A stretch of 61,609 nt of DNA, the filler included. It is 6 parts of 6 records of this genome, joined end to end, with 100 filler letters (N's around TTAATTAATTAA, not from the genome) between each part and the next. Parts side by side here need not be neighbours in the genome. Positions count along the whole stretch, not along the records: positions 36,161 to 42,728 come from DRR723986_15192; positions 42,829 to 49,810 come from DRR723986_15194; 4 more parts are not named here. One strand, written 5' to 3'. A program made the position numbers and the translations under genes. A model generated the notes under the pieces. That model did no database searches. It worked only from the letters and a program-made list of their open reading frames with translations, and was not told the DNA's origin. Below, one piece after another: positions 38,206 to 47,917 of the stretch. The number at the start of each line of letters is the position of its first letter. Position 1 is the stretch's first letter.

Positions 38206-39987
38206 ATGAAGACCACAGTCGGTATCGCCTTATGTCTATTTATGTTTGCGGGAGCGCCGAACACGGAGTTGTTTGGCCAGTGTAATATTGTTGGTGAGTT
38301 TTATACACAACATATTGACAATCATCAAAATTTCGATGTAGCCTACGATACGAAATTCACGGGTTACAATTGCGGGCATGTAATCGTCGGGGATGGTGGC
38401 ACATATCCTTTCATAGCTGCTTACGAACAGGACGGAACAGTGATCTTCTCCGCCGATTACACTAATGGCAGAATTGACTACTTCACGGCCGTAAGTACGT
38501 CGGTAGAAAATGGTGATCCATTTATTATCGCCGTAGGCCAAGAGGCCAACCAAAAACACCCTACGCATATTACTGTAATCAAGGTCAATGCCAACACAGG
38601 TGCGGTGACTAATATGCGTGAATTGAGCTATCAGAATCAAGTCATGCAAGTCGTTGACATTGAAGCGTATAATGAAGAATATTACGTTTTGGGGAATCTG
38701 CGCGATCAGCAAGGATGGGAAGATATGTTTCTCATTAAGCTAAACTCAGACCTGACGACTAATGCAGCATTCGGCAATCATATCTGGCAGCCAACTCCCC
38801 AGAACTGGCGAATGCGTGGTGCGGCCCTGAAGCTGTTCCGAGACCATCTTTATGTTACGGGCATGACGCAGTTCGATCAAGGCTTTCCGGGGCTCCTTTC
38901 TGAAGATGGTTTCCTGCTGGATTTGAACCCGGCCACCGGTGGACAGAACAGCATAACCCGCATGGATTACGAACATACAACACGCCAAATGTTTGTTGAC
39001 CCACGCGATATGTGGGTCGGAGCCCAACTGGGCGGAAGTGTCCAGGTTGCGATTACCGGTGACCTGTATCTCGGTACCGCACAGAGGCCGAAGGAAGGTG
39101 GATTTATCAGCGTTTTTGATGCAGGACCGTCAACGTGGCAGGCTCAGAGAATTTTAGCTCCCTCACTGGAAGCCCCCGAGCAGATTGAATGTCACCACAT
39201 CGATTACAGCCTGGATTCGCAGCGCGGTTGGGTGGTTGCCGGTGAGGCGCGCGCGTTTAACAGTCCTTTTACGGGTGCCTTCCTGCTTGAAACCAATGAG
39301 TTTTGGAACGGCAATTCGGCCATTTATGGTTTGTCCTCACCCGAGTTCGGCGATAGGTCGTTCTTCTATTCCGTCGCTACACATGGTACAAAATATCCTT
39401 GGACACTCTCGTTTGATATCGCCTATCATGCCGTCGGTTATGTTGGACGTGTAAATTCAAATGATATCGACACATATATCGCCAAAGTACATTCTAATCT
39501 TTCGCCTGCGGATGACTGCACCAATTTGGCCGGGCCGGTGACAGATGATTTGGAAGTTGAAGACGGCGACTTTCCCGTCAGCCGCGACAACCTCATGACA
39601 AATGTCCTGGCCACAACCGTGGTTGGTGTTTTCGATGAACCAACCACATACTGTGAGGAGCAAGTCCATCCACTGCCTAAAAAGGGTGCTTCCGAACTGT
39701 CTGAAAATACCGGAGACAATCATCAGTTAAACAGTTCGCTCTCGATTAGCTCCGTGATTGACGGCAATTCCGGGATTCGCTACTATATCGACGCCGAATT
39801 AGAACAAACTGTTCATCTCGCAGTGGTTGATGCTCTCGGTAAAACGCTGGCACATCAATCAGTTGAATTAAACTCTGGTTCCAATGAAGTATTTGTTCCG
39901 GTTCGCCTGGGTGGCTCCGGAATGTACTTCACACAGATCCAGACGGCCGGTGAAACATTCACAATTCAAATGCCATATGTACGCTAA
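38206..39987 (+). CDS. Secreted beta-propeller-like protein with T9SS-type C-terminal domain
   Basis: Signal peptide MKTTVGIALCL...FGQ; repeated YVTG/FLIKL strands; C-terminal VVDALGKTL...GSGMYF. The ORF is open from 38119. Confidence 0.8.
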   Translation: MKTTVGIALCLFMFAGAPNTELFGQCNIVGEFYTQHIDNHQNFDVAYDTKFTGYNCGHVIVGDGGTYPFIAAYEQDGTVIFSADYTNGRIDYFTAVSTSVENGDPFIIAVGQEANQKHPTHITVIKVNANTGAVTNMRELSYQNQVMQVVDIEAYNEEYYVLGNLRDQQGWEDMFLIKLNSDLTTNAAFGNHIWQPTPQNWRMRGAALKLFRDHLYVTGMTQFDQGFPGLLSEDGFLLDLNPATGGQNSITRMDYEHTTRQMFVDPRDMWVGAQLGGSVQVAITGDLYLGTAQRPKEGGFISVFDAGPSTWQAQRILAPSLEAPEQIECHHIDYSLDSQRGWVVAGEARAFNSPFTGAFLLETNEFWNGNSAIYGLSSPEFGDRSFFYSVATHGTKYPWTLSFDIAYHAVGYVGRVNSNDIDTYIAKVHSNLSPADDCTNLAGPVTDDLEVEDGDFPVSRDNLMTNVLATTVVGVFDEPTTYCEEQVHPLPKKGASELSENTGDNHQLNSSLSISSVIDGNSGIRYYIDAELEQTVHLAVVDALGKTLAHQSVELNSGSNEVFVPVRLGGSGMYFTQIQTAGETFTIQMPYVR

Positions 39988-40061
39988 TATGCAGAATTGG
40001 TGTAATGTCGATTTTGTATATTAACTAAATAACACACTCTTTATTCTGTGTAGACCGCATG

Positions 40062-40093
40062 AGTCCCCGTCTTGTTTGAGGCGGGGACTTTTT
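40062..40093 (+). terminator. Intrinsic terminator
   Basis: AGTCCCCGTC/GGCGGGGACT stem followed by a T run, downstream of the stop at 39987. Confidence 0.8.
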
Positions 40094-40287
40094 GCTGGCC
40101 AGCAGTTAACATTTTTCGTAATTGCGGGCTTCAGCTGTAGTAGCGAGCGTTTAACTATTCTTCATTTTTCGCTGTAACAACCCAACTCTTTGCAATTTTG
40201 CCTCACTATTACCAGCGAATTGTAGGTCAAAGGTGTTGTATGGTTGCCACATAATCTCTTGACTGACTCAATAGTCCAATGATTTTA

Positions 40288-40323
40288 GATTGCAGCGCCA
40301 TCTCTCTAGCGTCGGTGGCTTGC
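40288..40323 (+). repeat. Dispersed ~36-bp repeat, variant copy
   Basis: GATTGCAGCGCC-atctctctagcg-TCGGTGGCTTGC; its 12-bp arms match the contig-end copies. Confidence 0.7.
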
Positions 40324-40931
40324 GGAAAAGCCCCATGGCAACAGAAATCTCGTTATTGTGCAAGCGAGAAAGCATGTTAACAACACTTCAATTCTAACGG
40401 TTCAATTTCATTGCCGCCCAGCAAACAAACAGTCTTCAGATTTGCCTATGGCCCAATCACTCTGACGCACCCATTCGGAATTGATGATGCCGAGGCAAAG
40501 TACCTCTTTGAAAATAAATAATCGAATAGTTTCCTCAGTGTTTAGACTGTACTACAACTATTTTTGTGCTAAACCTTGTAATATTAATTTTCACCCCCAC
40601 GGCATGAGCATCACGTTTTATTCCAAAACACAAATACCAAAGTGTATTGCAACTGCAGTTGTTAACTACATGAGTGCAACACACTCTGGATTTGTCATAT
40701 TCGTATTCAGCAATTGCGATCCACCGTGCGAAATATGATTAAAACTGCACCTGACTCACGAAGGTGATACATTACTTGCTATCACCCGGAAAACTTTTAG
40801 GGCGTCAAGCCGCAAATAGTGAGTCCAGGGCCGCAATGGGCTTCTTCCATTTATCCCAACAGATGACTGTTGAGTATCTGGAACACTACATATCTTTTTA
40901 CAGCTGAATTGCTCCAGACAATGGCTAGTAC

Positions 40932-41462
40932 TTACGGTTGCACAACTGCGTCTGAGCTTTCTAGCGTAAATGATTCCTGTCCACGTACAAATGCAACGGG
41001 TGTCGAGAGTCTCGTCTTCCACGCATCCTGCGGTGGAAACGAGTCGGCTTCTTCCATAAGAACAAACTCGCAAACTTCAGTGGTAGTCCAAATATCACCG
41101 GCATTGTCTTCAAATTTCACATGGATATTTACAACTGCAGTTGCAGGGTAAAAAGGAACGCCGCTGGAACTCTTTGATGTTAATATCGCTTGCGAATCGT
41201 AATTATCGTCAAGGGTGTACGTTCCGAGCGAACTTTGACCGACGAATCCGGTAATTTCGGCTTGCTTTTGTGTAGGGCTCAAATCAACGGCATCTTGAAA
41301 TTCCAAATCACCTTCACAGTGAATCACAATGTGGCCATTTTCGATCTTGTACGTGCAATTCATCTGTCTGGCATCTAGATTATACTGAAAGACAAAGAGC
41401 AGCGCAATGAGGATTGTTCCAGCCTTAGCAAGTAGGTTGGCACCTGTTTTTTTCGTAAACAT
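40932..41462 (-). CDS. Hypothetical secreted beta-rich protein
   Basis: Start MFTKKTG at 41462; signal peptide ending LDA; FYPATA and SFPP motifs. Confidence 0.7.
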   Translation of the reverse strand: MFTKKTGANLLAKAGTILIALLFVFQYNLDARQMNCTYKIENGHIVIHCEGDLEFQDAVDLSPTQKQAEITGFVGQSSLGTYTLDDNYDSQAILTSKSSSGVPFYPATAVVNIHVKFEDNAGDIWTTTEVCEFVLMEEADSFPPQDAWKTRLSTPVAFVRGQESFTLESSDAVVQP

Positions 41463-41491
41463 AATAGATTCCTGTAATTGAGTTATTTTTG

Positions 41492-41537
41492 CAAAGTTAT
41501 ACAATGTGGGATACAGTCATTTCCGAAAATTCGGAAA
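41492..41537 (-). promoter_or_regulatory. Bacteroidota-type -7 element plus palindromic operator candidate
   Basis: TAACTTTG (minus strand, 41492-41499) fits TAnnTTTG; perfect TTTCCGAA-AA-TTCGGAAA at 41520-41537. Confidence 0.55.
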
Positions 41538-41920
41538 CAATGGGACAGCTCTAATGAATTGAATAACGCATTCAAACTACTTGTAGCAGTTGATTCCTGA
41601 ATCAATCAAGTAGAGAGTGGCAGTTCTCTGCGGACAAATAGCATGCAGCGGCGATCATGATCGATAATAATAAAGCAAGTGTCAGTAAGCGTGGTCGGTC
41701 AACGTTGACTAATGCTATTTGCAAATCTGCACAGACCTTACTTATGTATTCGAATATACATTTCTAACTTAGACAATACAAGCCCAAACTACAATGGAAG
41801 TATTAAAACAGTATTCTTGTGAACGTTTTGACTACACAACATGCCATAGACAAGTGACTTCATAGACTTATCCTCTGAAAAAGAGTCAGAGATATTCATC
41901 AAACATCTAAGGGCCATTTA

Positions 41921-42102
41921 GTGGAGAAGCCATATTCGGGCAGCGTAATCATTAGAGAGACGGAGTTCGAATTCATCATTGAAATTCCGCCCAAAAAGAG
42001 TTAGTTTACCATCATCTTTTTGTTTTCTGGATTGTAGGCTGGTTGTTGGGCGAAGTCTTTGCCCTGAGAAGTCTATACGGCATTTATCAAACCAATTTGT
42101 AA
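41921..42102 (+). pseudogene. Disrupted small membrane-protein gene (absent from the ORF track)
   Basis: VEKPYSGSVIIRETEFEFIIEIPPKKS*FTIIFL, then a frameshift to FWIVGWLLGEVFAL. The TAG at 42002 sits where Trp is expected in the recalled IPxKxxWF...FWxxGWxxGE family. Confidence 0.55.
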
Positions 42103-42116
42103 CTATTTGACAAGAC

Positions 42117-42593
42117 ATGCACAATCCCGTTAAAACATTTTCGCTGACTTCTTCCAGAGGCTGGGAGCGTTTAACATTTCAACTTATTGACAGGGCACAT
42201 GTCCAAGGCACCGAACATTTGAAACTTTCGATTCAAATGTCTGCAAAAACCTGGGATGGCCTGCAAAATGTCGAGGATTCTTCTTTGGTCGATGATTGTC
42301 ACCTGGAAATTAAACAAGCAATCCTTAAAACAGATGAGCTTAAGCGCCTGGAAAACCTTTTGGCTGGGTGGCTCAGCAGTTCCGCCGAATGCAGCTGTGC
42401 ACTGGGCGGCGCCGGTTATCCGCACGTCTCGATCGTCATAGGTGTGCGGTCGGACATCATAAGTAGTAAAGAAAAACCGGTCGTCGAGCTGAAGTACGAC
42501 ACGGCCTCGGTTAACATTTCCTGGAAAATGCTCGTTGATTACAGTTGCATCAAGTTGTTTAAAGATGAGTTAAATCTGTTTCTGGCCGACTAA
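42117..42593 (+). CDS. Hypothetical protein (possible immunity-type)
   Basis: 158-aa ATG ORF in AT-rich DNA; the C-terminal LVDYSCIKLFKDEL is loosely WapI-like. Confidence 0.65.
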   Translation: MHNPVKTFSLTSSRGWERLTFQLIDRAHVQGTEHLKLSIQMSAKTWDGLQNVEDSSLVDDCHLEIKQAILKTDELKRLENLLAGWLSSSAECSCALGGAGYPHVSIVIGVRSDIISSKEKPVVELKYDTASVNISWKMLVDYSCIKLFKDELNLFLAD

Positions 42594-42698
42594 GATAGGT
42601 ATAGCCTTCAGGTCGACTCCGTCATTGCTCCTGGTGAATTTTGTGACAACAATAGTTATGCATGCCTGAGCTACATTTAGATCACATCATAGTGGTAT

Positions 42699-42728
42699 GA
42701 TTGCAGCGCCCCCTCTTCAGATTCGGTG
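42699..42728 (+). repeat. Dispersed ~36-bp repeat, copy at contig end
   Basis: GATTGCAGCGCCCCCTCTTCAGATTCGGTG; the last 24 bp are identical to the first 24 bp of the contig. Confidence 0.8.
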
Positions 42729-42828
42729 NNNNNNNNNNNNNNNNNNNNNNNNNNNNNNNNNNNNNNNNNNNNTTAATTAATTAANNNNNNNNNNNNNNNN
42801 NNNNNNNNNNNNNNNNNNNNNNNNNNNN
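42729..42828. other. Artificial contig linker
   Basis: N44-TTAATTAATTAA-N44. Confidence 0.99.
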
Positions 42829-42829
42829 G

Positions 42830-43057
42830 GGCATCATCATGGTGGTGAACATGGAAATTGGGATGATAACACCGCCTGTTGGTTTGAACCTGTTCGTCAC
42901 GTCTGGCGTGGCAGGGATGCCGATGATGTCGGTGGTGCGTGCGGCTCTGCCCTTCTTGGCTGTACTTTTCGTGTTCCTGATCATGGTGACCTATATTCCA
43001 TGGCTCAGTACGATGATCCCCAACGCCCTTATGGGGCCGGAGATTATCACCAAATAA
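42830..43057 (+). CDS. dctM: TRAP transporter large permease, 3' part
   Basis: GIIMVVNMEIGMITPPVGLNLFV is the DctM signature; 5' truncated. Confidence 0.92.
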   Translation, partial: GIIMVVNMEIGMITPPVGLNLFVTSGVAGMPMMSVVRAALPFLAVLFVFLIMVTYIPWLSTMIPNALMGPEIITK

Positions 43058-43252
43058 CCTTAGCAAACCGGTGTCTCTCTCCTTTGGGGAAAGCCGTGAT
43101 GTCAAAGCTGATTGTACCCTGCCAGAGAAATTCTGGTGGGGTATTTTTGTTTTAGGCTGTGCCCTTGGCTTGTGATTTGGCGCGCGATCCCGATAGTGCT
43201 GGATGAAAAGGCGCATAAATGTCCGCCTGCGTGCCAAAGATGAGGATCAGCG

Positions 43253-45502
43253 ATGACCAAGGTAACAGACCTTCCTTTGACCAGCTTTCACTGGGGCACG
43301 TACCGGGCGGAAACCCACGACGGGGAACTCGTCGCCTTACATCCGTTCGAAGAAGATCCGGATCCTTCGGTGGTCGGGCAGGGGTATCTAGGAACTTTGA
43401 ACGGCCCCGATCGCATCACCGGGCCAATGGTGCGCAAAAGCTGGCTTGAGGGTGGCCCCGGTACTGACGGGTCATTGCGGGGCCAAGACGCCTTTGTTGA
43501 GGTCAGCTGGGAAGAGGCCGAGCGGCTTGTTGCAGATGAGCTGACGCGGGTGATCAGTGCCCACGGCAACGAGAGCATTTTTGCCGGATCGTATGGCTGG
43601 GCCAGTGCCGGACGGTTTCATCACGCGCAGAGCCATCTTAAGAGGTTTCTGAACCTGCTTGGCGGCTTTACCCCGTCTGTGAACAGCTACAGCCTTGCCT
43701 CTGGCGAGGTTATTCTGCCCCATGTGCTGGGCGGGGCGGAACTCATTTATGATGGCACCAGTTGGCAATCGATCATCGAGTCGTGTGATTTGATGGTCGC
43801 CTTTGGTGGTGTGCCGGTGAAAAATGCCATGATTGGCCAAGGCGGGCTGGGGGCCCACCGCACGGGACCAGCTTTGTTAGAAGCCCGGGCGGCAGGGGTT
43901 GAGTTCGTCAATATCTCACCGCTGAAATCGGATCTGCCTGACGCGCTCGACGCGCAGTGGATCGCGCCCAGACCTTCGACTGATGCGGCGTTGATGATTG
44001 GGATCGCGCATGTGTTGCTGAGCGAAGGATTGCATGACCGTGCATTTCTGGATCGCTATTCCGTCGGATTTGATCGTTTTGCGGCCTATCTGACAGGTGA
44101 AGATGACGGTGTCGTCAAAGATGCTGATTGGGCCGCTGACATTTGTGGACTTGAACCCGAAGACATCAAAACCTTGGCGCGGCGCATGGCTGGTGGGCGC
44201 ACCATGATTTCCATCGCGTGGGCTTTGACCCGCCAAGATCACGGAGAGCAAAATTTTTGGCTGGGTACTGTTCTAGCGGCCATGATGGGGCAGATCGGCT
44301 TGCCCGGCGGTGGTGTCGGCTTTGGCTATGGGGCGGTAAATACGGTTGGACTTGAGCGGCCCAGTCCCCGGTTTCAAGCGGTGCCGCAGGGGCGCAATAA
44401 GGTAAAGACGTTTATCCCCGTCGCGCGCATCGCCGAGATGTTGGAAAACCCGGGTGGACAGTTTGACTACAACGGTAAGAAGCACCAGTTCCCTGACACC
44501 AAACTGATCTGGTGGGCGGGCGGCAATCCGTTTCACCATCACCAAGATCTGAACCGATTGCGCAGGGCTTGGGCGCGGCCTGATACCGTGATCGTCAACG
44601 ATTGGTGCTGGAATAGCGCGGCACAGCATGCCGATATTGTCTTGCCCTGTACGACACCGTTAGAGCGCGCGGATATCACCTTGTCCCCGCGTGACCCCTA
44701 TGTGGTGATGATGGATAAGATCGTCGAGCCGGCCGGACAGGCGCGCGACGATTATGACATTTTCCGCGGTATCGCACGACATCTGGGGATCGACAGCAAA
44801 TATTCCGAAGAGCGGGACGCTGACCAATGGATCACGTGGTTGTACGATCAATCCCGCAAATCCGCTACGCGGGCGAAAATTGACCTGCCGCCGTTGGATG
44901 AATTACGCCAAACCGGATGGTTCAAGATGCCGGTGCCAAACGAGCCGCACATCATGCTGGCAAAGTTTCGAACAGACCCCGACGCCTCTCCGCTGCGAAC
45001 ACCAAGTGGCAAGATCGAGATTTTCTCAGAGAAGATTGCAAGCTTTGGCTATGAGGACTGCCCGGGGCATCCGACGTGGATGGAACCCGTTGAATGGCTG
45101 GGGGCGGCAGAGCAGGGACAGCTACACCTGATTTCGAACCAGCCCAAAAACAAATTGCACAGCCAGCTTGATCAAGGGCCCGTTGCGCAGGGCGACCGCA
45201 TAGATGGGCGTGAGCCGGCGATGCTGCACCCCAATGACGCTGCTGCGCACGGTGTTCGGGATGGTGACTGCATCCGAGTGTTCAATGATCGTGGGGCCTG
45301 TCTGTGTGGGGCGGTGATCTCGGATTCGATCACGCCCGGGGTTGTTCAGATCAGCACAGGTGCTTGGTTCCGGCCTGATCCTGCCACAGAGACCTGTCTG
45401 AGCGGCAATCCCAATGTCCTGTGCAAGGATAGAGGGACATCCCGGCTTAGTCAGGGACCAACTGCACACTCATGCCTGGTTCGTATCGCACGTGAGGGTT
45501 AA
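43253..45502 (+). CDS. bisC: Molybdopterin S/N-oxide reductase, biotin/methionine sulfoxide reductase-like
   Basis: SFHWG, GSYGWASAGRFHHA, Ser-ligand NSYS, TPSGKIE and LHSQL motifs. No Tat signal, so probably cytoplasmic. Confidence 0.8.
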   Translation: MTKVTDLPLTSFHWGTYRAETHDGELVALHPFEEDPDPSVVGQGYLGTLNGPDRITGPMVRKSWLEGGPGTDGSLRGQDAFVEVSWEEAERLVADELTRVISAHGNESIFAGSYGWASAGRFHHAQSHLKRFLNLLGGFTPSVNSYSLASGEVILPHVLGGAELIYDGTSWQSIIESCDLMVAFGGVPVKNAMIGQGGLGAHRTGPALLEARAAGVEFVNISPLKSDLPDALDAQWIAPRPSTDAALMIGIAHVLLSEGLHDRAFLDRYSVGFDRFAAYLTGEDDGVVKDADWAADICGLEPEDIKTLARRMAGGRTMISIAWALTRQDHGEQNFWLGTVLAAMMGQIGLPGGGVGFGYGAVNTVGLERPSPRFQAVPQGRNKVKTFIPVARIAEMLENPGGQFDYNGKKHQFPDTKLIWWAGGNPFHHHQDLNRLRRAWARPDTVIVNDWCWNSAAQHADIVLPCTTPLERADITLSPRDPYVVMMDKIVEPAGQARDDYDIFRGIARHLGIDSKYSEERDADQWITWLYDQSRKSATRAKIDLPPLDELRQTGWFKMPVPNEPHIMLAKFRTDPDASPLRTPSGKIEIFSEKIASFGYEDCPGHPTWMEPVEWLGAAEQGQLHLISNQPKNKLHSQLDQGPVAQGDRIDGREPAMLHPNDAAAHGVRDGDCIRVFNDRGACLCGAVISDSITPGVVQISTGAWFRPDPATETCLSGNPNVLCKDRGTSRLSQGPTAHSCLVRIAREG

Positions 45503-45556
45503 GCCCGGGTGCTCGTATCGATCTAAAGGGGTGCGGCGCTGAATGGCAGAGCAGGT

Positions 45557-46306
45557 TCAGGCCTGCTCTAACGCTGTGATGATTGGGGAAAAATCAGCCG
45601 CTTTCAGGCTTGCCCCACCAACGAGTGCGCCGTCGACATTTGGAACAGCAAAGATTTCAGCCGCGTTGGCGGGTTTAACAGAGCCGCCATAGAGCAGACG
45701 GACGGAGCGCCCAACACCCTCGCCAAAGCGGTGCTCCAAACGGACACGAATGAATTCGTGCACCTCTGCAATTTGCTCCAGTGTTGGCACCATGCCGGTT
45801 CCGATGGCCCAGATGGGTTCATAGGCAATCACCAGATTCTCGCCTGTTGCCTGATCCGGGATCGATCCGGACATTTGGCCAGCTATGATATCGAGCGTAT
45901 TGGCAGCCTCGCGTTGGGCAAGGCTTTCGCCGAGGCAGATCACCGCAACAAGGCCCGCGTCCATTGCGGCACGCGCTTTGGCACGGACATTTTCGTTGCG
46001 CTCATCATGGTCTTGGCGCCGCTCTGAGTGCCCCAGAATGACGGCAGTGGCCCCGGCATCAAGCAACATATCCGCGCTGGTGTCGCCGGTGTGGGCCCCA
46101 GAAACGGCCGCATGGCAGTCCTGACCGCCAATGGTGATCTGTGATTGGGCTGTCGCGTCCGCTGCGCGTGATAGCAAGGGGGCCGGGGGGCAGATCAAGA
46201 TATCCACGCCGGGCGTCGGATGGGACGTTGCCAGTGTGCTCAGCTCAGCAAGGGCTGCGCTGGTGCCGTTCATCTTCCAATTCCCTGCTGCCAATTTGCG
46301 CCGCAT
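45557..46306 (-). CDS. tpiA: Triosephosphate isomerase
   Basis: AAGNWKMN, GHSERR, AYEPIWAIGTG, LYGGSV and GALVGGASL motifs. Confidence 0.98.
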   Translation of the reverse strand: MRRKLAAGNWKMNGTSAALAELSTLATSHPTPGVDILICPPAPLLSRAADATAQSQITIGGQDCHAAVSGAHTGDTSADMLLDAGATAVILGHSERRQDHDERNENVRAKARAAMDAGLVAVICLGESLAQREAANTLDIIAGQMSGSIPDQATGENLVIAYEPIWAIGTGMVPTLEQIAEVHEFIRVRLEHRFGEGVGRSVRLLYGGSVKPANAAEIFAVPNVDGALVGGASLKAADFSPIITALEQA

Positions 46307-46431
46307 GCTTATCCCTCTCACAATCGTGTCTTTGCAATGATCTGCATCCGATACCATTGCCCAGTGCAAGTGACAATTGGTCTTGCTTGCTCTAAGAGCG
46401 CGGGTCAGAGCAGAATTTGCAGGGTAGACAC

Positions 46432-47364
46432 ATGATCGACAATCTGGATTTGGCCAAGCTGGATGCGCGTGCGCCCGATGAGATGACCCGACTGGCCTAT
46501 GCTTTGAAAAACGTGGGATTTCTGACGGTTTCGAACACAGGTATCGATGCGGATCGGGTGCGACAGGTGATGGAGCGCTATCGATCCTTTTTTGCCTTGC
46601 CTGAGTCGGTCAAGCGTGAGGTCGACATGGCGCGGACCGGATCCAATCGGGGCTGGGGGGCTGCGCAGTCCGAACAGGTCGATCCAGAATCCAACCCCGA
46701 TTACAAACAGGTGTTTGATTGCGGTTATGAATTGCCCGCAGGGGATCCGGTCGCAGAGCGCGGGTTGAGTGTTTATGCCCCCAATCTGTGGCCCAAAGGC
46801 TTGCCGGATTTCAAAGCGGATATTCAAGCGTATTATGCCGAGACGGCGGGGGTGGCGATGCGGATCTTGCGCGCCATTGCTGCTGCAATTGGTCAAGATG
46901 AAACCGCGTTTGATGATGCCTTTGGAACCCCTATGGCGTTGTTACGAGGGAATTATTACCCGGAGCGCCCCACATGGGCCGGTGACAAAGATTTCGGTAT
47001 TGCGGCACACACAGATTATGGATGCCTGACTTTGCTGGCCACAGACGGAGTGCCGGGGCTTGAGGTGCAGATGCCAGATCAAAGCTGGCAACCCGTGGTG
47101 GCTTCACCGGGTGTCTTTGTGATCAACTTTGGGGAAATGCTGGAATTCTGGACAGCGGGGCAGGTCAAAGCAACTTTGCACCGGGTCAAAGGCGGATCAG
47201 AAGAGCGGATTTCTGTACCGCTGTTTTTCAATCCTGCCTATGATACGAACGTTGCCCCCACTGGGTCAGGGCAAGTGATCACTGCTGGTGACCACCTGAC
47301 ACGGCGCTATGATGAAACTTACGTTCATCTGCAAGATCGGGCGGAGGATACCCCGGCGATCTAG
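46432..47364 (+). CDS. 2-oxoglutarate/Fe(II) oxygenase, isopenicillin N synthase-like
   Basis: HTDYG, HRV and RISVPLF facial-triad and RxS motifs; DIOX-type N-terminus. Confidence 0.9.
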   Translation: MIDNLDLAKLDARAPDEMTRLAYALKNVGFLTVSNTGIDADRVRQVMERYRSFFALPESVKREVDMARTGSNRGWGAAQSEQVDPESNPDYKQVFDCGYELPAGDPVAERGLSVYAPNLWPKGLPDFKADIQAYYAETAGVAMRILRAIAAAIGQDETAFDDAFGTPMALLRGNYYPERPTWAGDKDFGIAAHTDYGCLTLLATDGVPGLEVQMPDQSWQPVVASPGVFVINFGEMLEFWTAGQVKATLHRVKGGSEERISVPLFFNPAYDTNVAPTGSGQVITAGDHLTRRYDETYVHLQDRAEDTPAI

Positions 47365-47374
47365 CATACGGGTA

Positions 47375-47749
47375 TTAGAGCTGGCTGGCTGCTGCGGTGT
47401 CTTGATCTTTGAATTTGATCGATTCACCGCATCCACAGGCCTCGGACACGTTGGGGTTATTGAATTTGAACCCGGCCTCTAGCAGCGAAACCTCATAATC
47501 GATCTCGGTGCCAAAGAGGAACATCTGCGCCATTGGAGCGATCATAACGCGTGCGCCATCCTGTTCAACAACCTCATCCAAGGGGTTGGTTTCAGTGACA
47601 TATTCCATTGTGTATTCCATGCCCGCACAACCGCCTTTTTTGACGCCGATACGTAAGCCGGTATGCCCCTCTTTGGCCATCAGTTTGGCGATCTGGCCCG
47701 CGGCCTTGGGGGTGATGGTAACAGCTTGTTTGCCGGGAATGCCGAACAT
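47375..47749 (-). CDS. sufA: A-type Fe-S carrier, HesB/IscA/SufA family
   Basis: GGCAGMEY and NPN...CGCGES motifs; near sufT. Confidence 0.88.
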   Translation of the reverse strand: MFGIPGKQAVTITPKAAGQIAKLMAKEGHTGLRIGVKKGGCAGMEYTMEYVTETNPLDEVVEQDGARVMIAPMAQMFLFGTEIDYEVSLLEAGFKFNNPNVSEACGCGESIKFKDQDTAAASQL

Positions 47750-47862
47750 TGGAAACTCCTATGCGCGGATCACGCGCTTGTTGTCCCTAACTTAGGGCCG
47801 CAGGCGCGCAGGCTCAAGAGGGGCAATGATCAACTTTGGATACATGTTCTGGTGAAGAGACG

Positions 47863-47894
47863 AAAAAAGGGCCGCCTGATCACCAAGCGGCCCT
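47863..47894 (-). terminator. Intrinsic terminator
   Basis: AGGGCCGC/GCGGCCCT stem with an A run, just after the GDPD stop. Confidence 0.75.
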
Positions 47895-47917
47895 GATTGT
47901 GATAATGTAGTTGAGGA

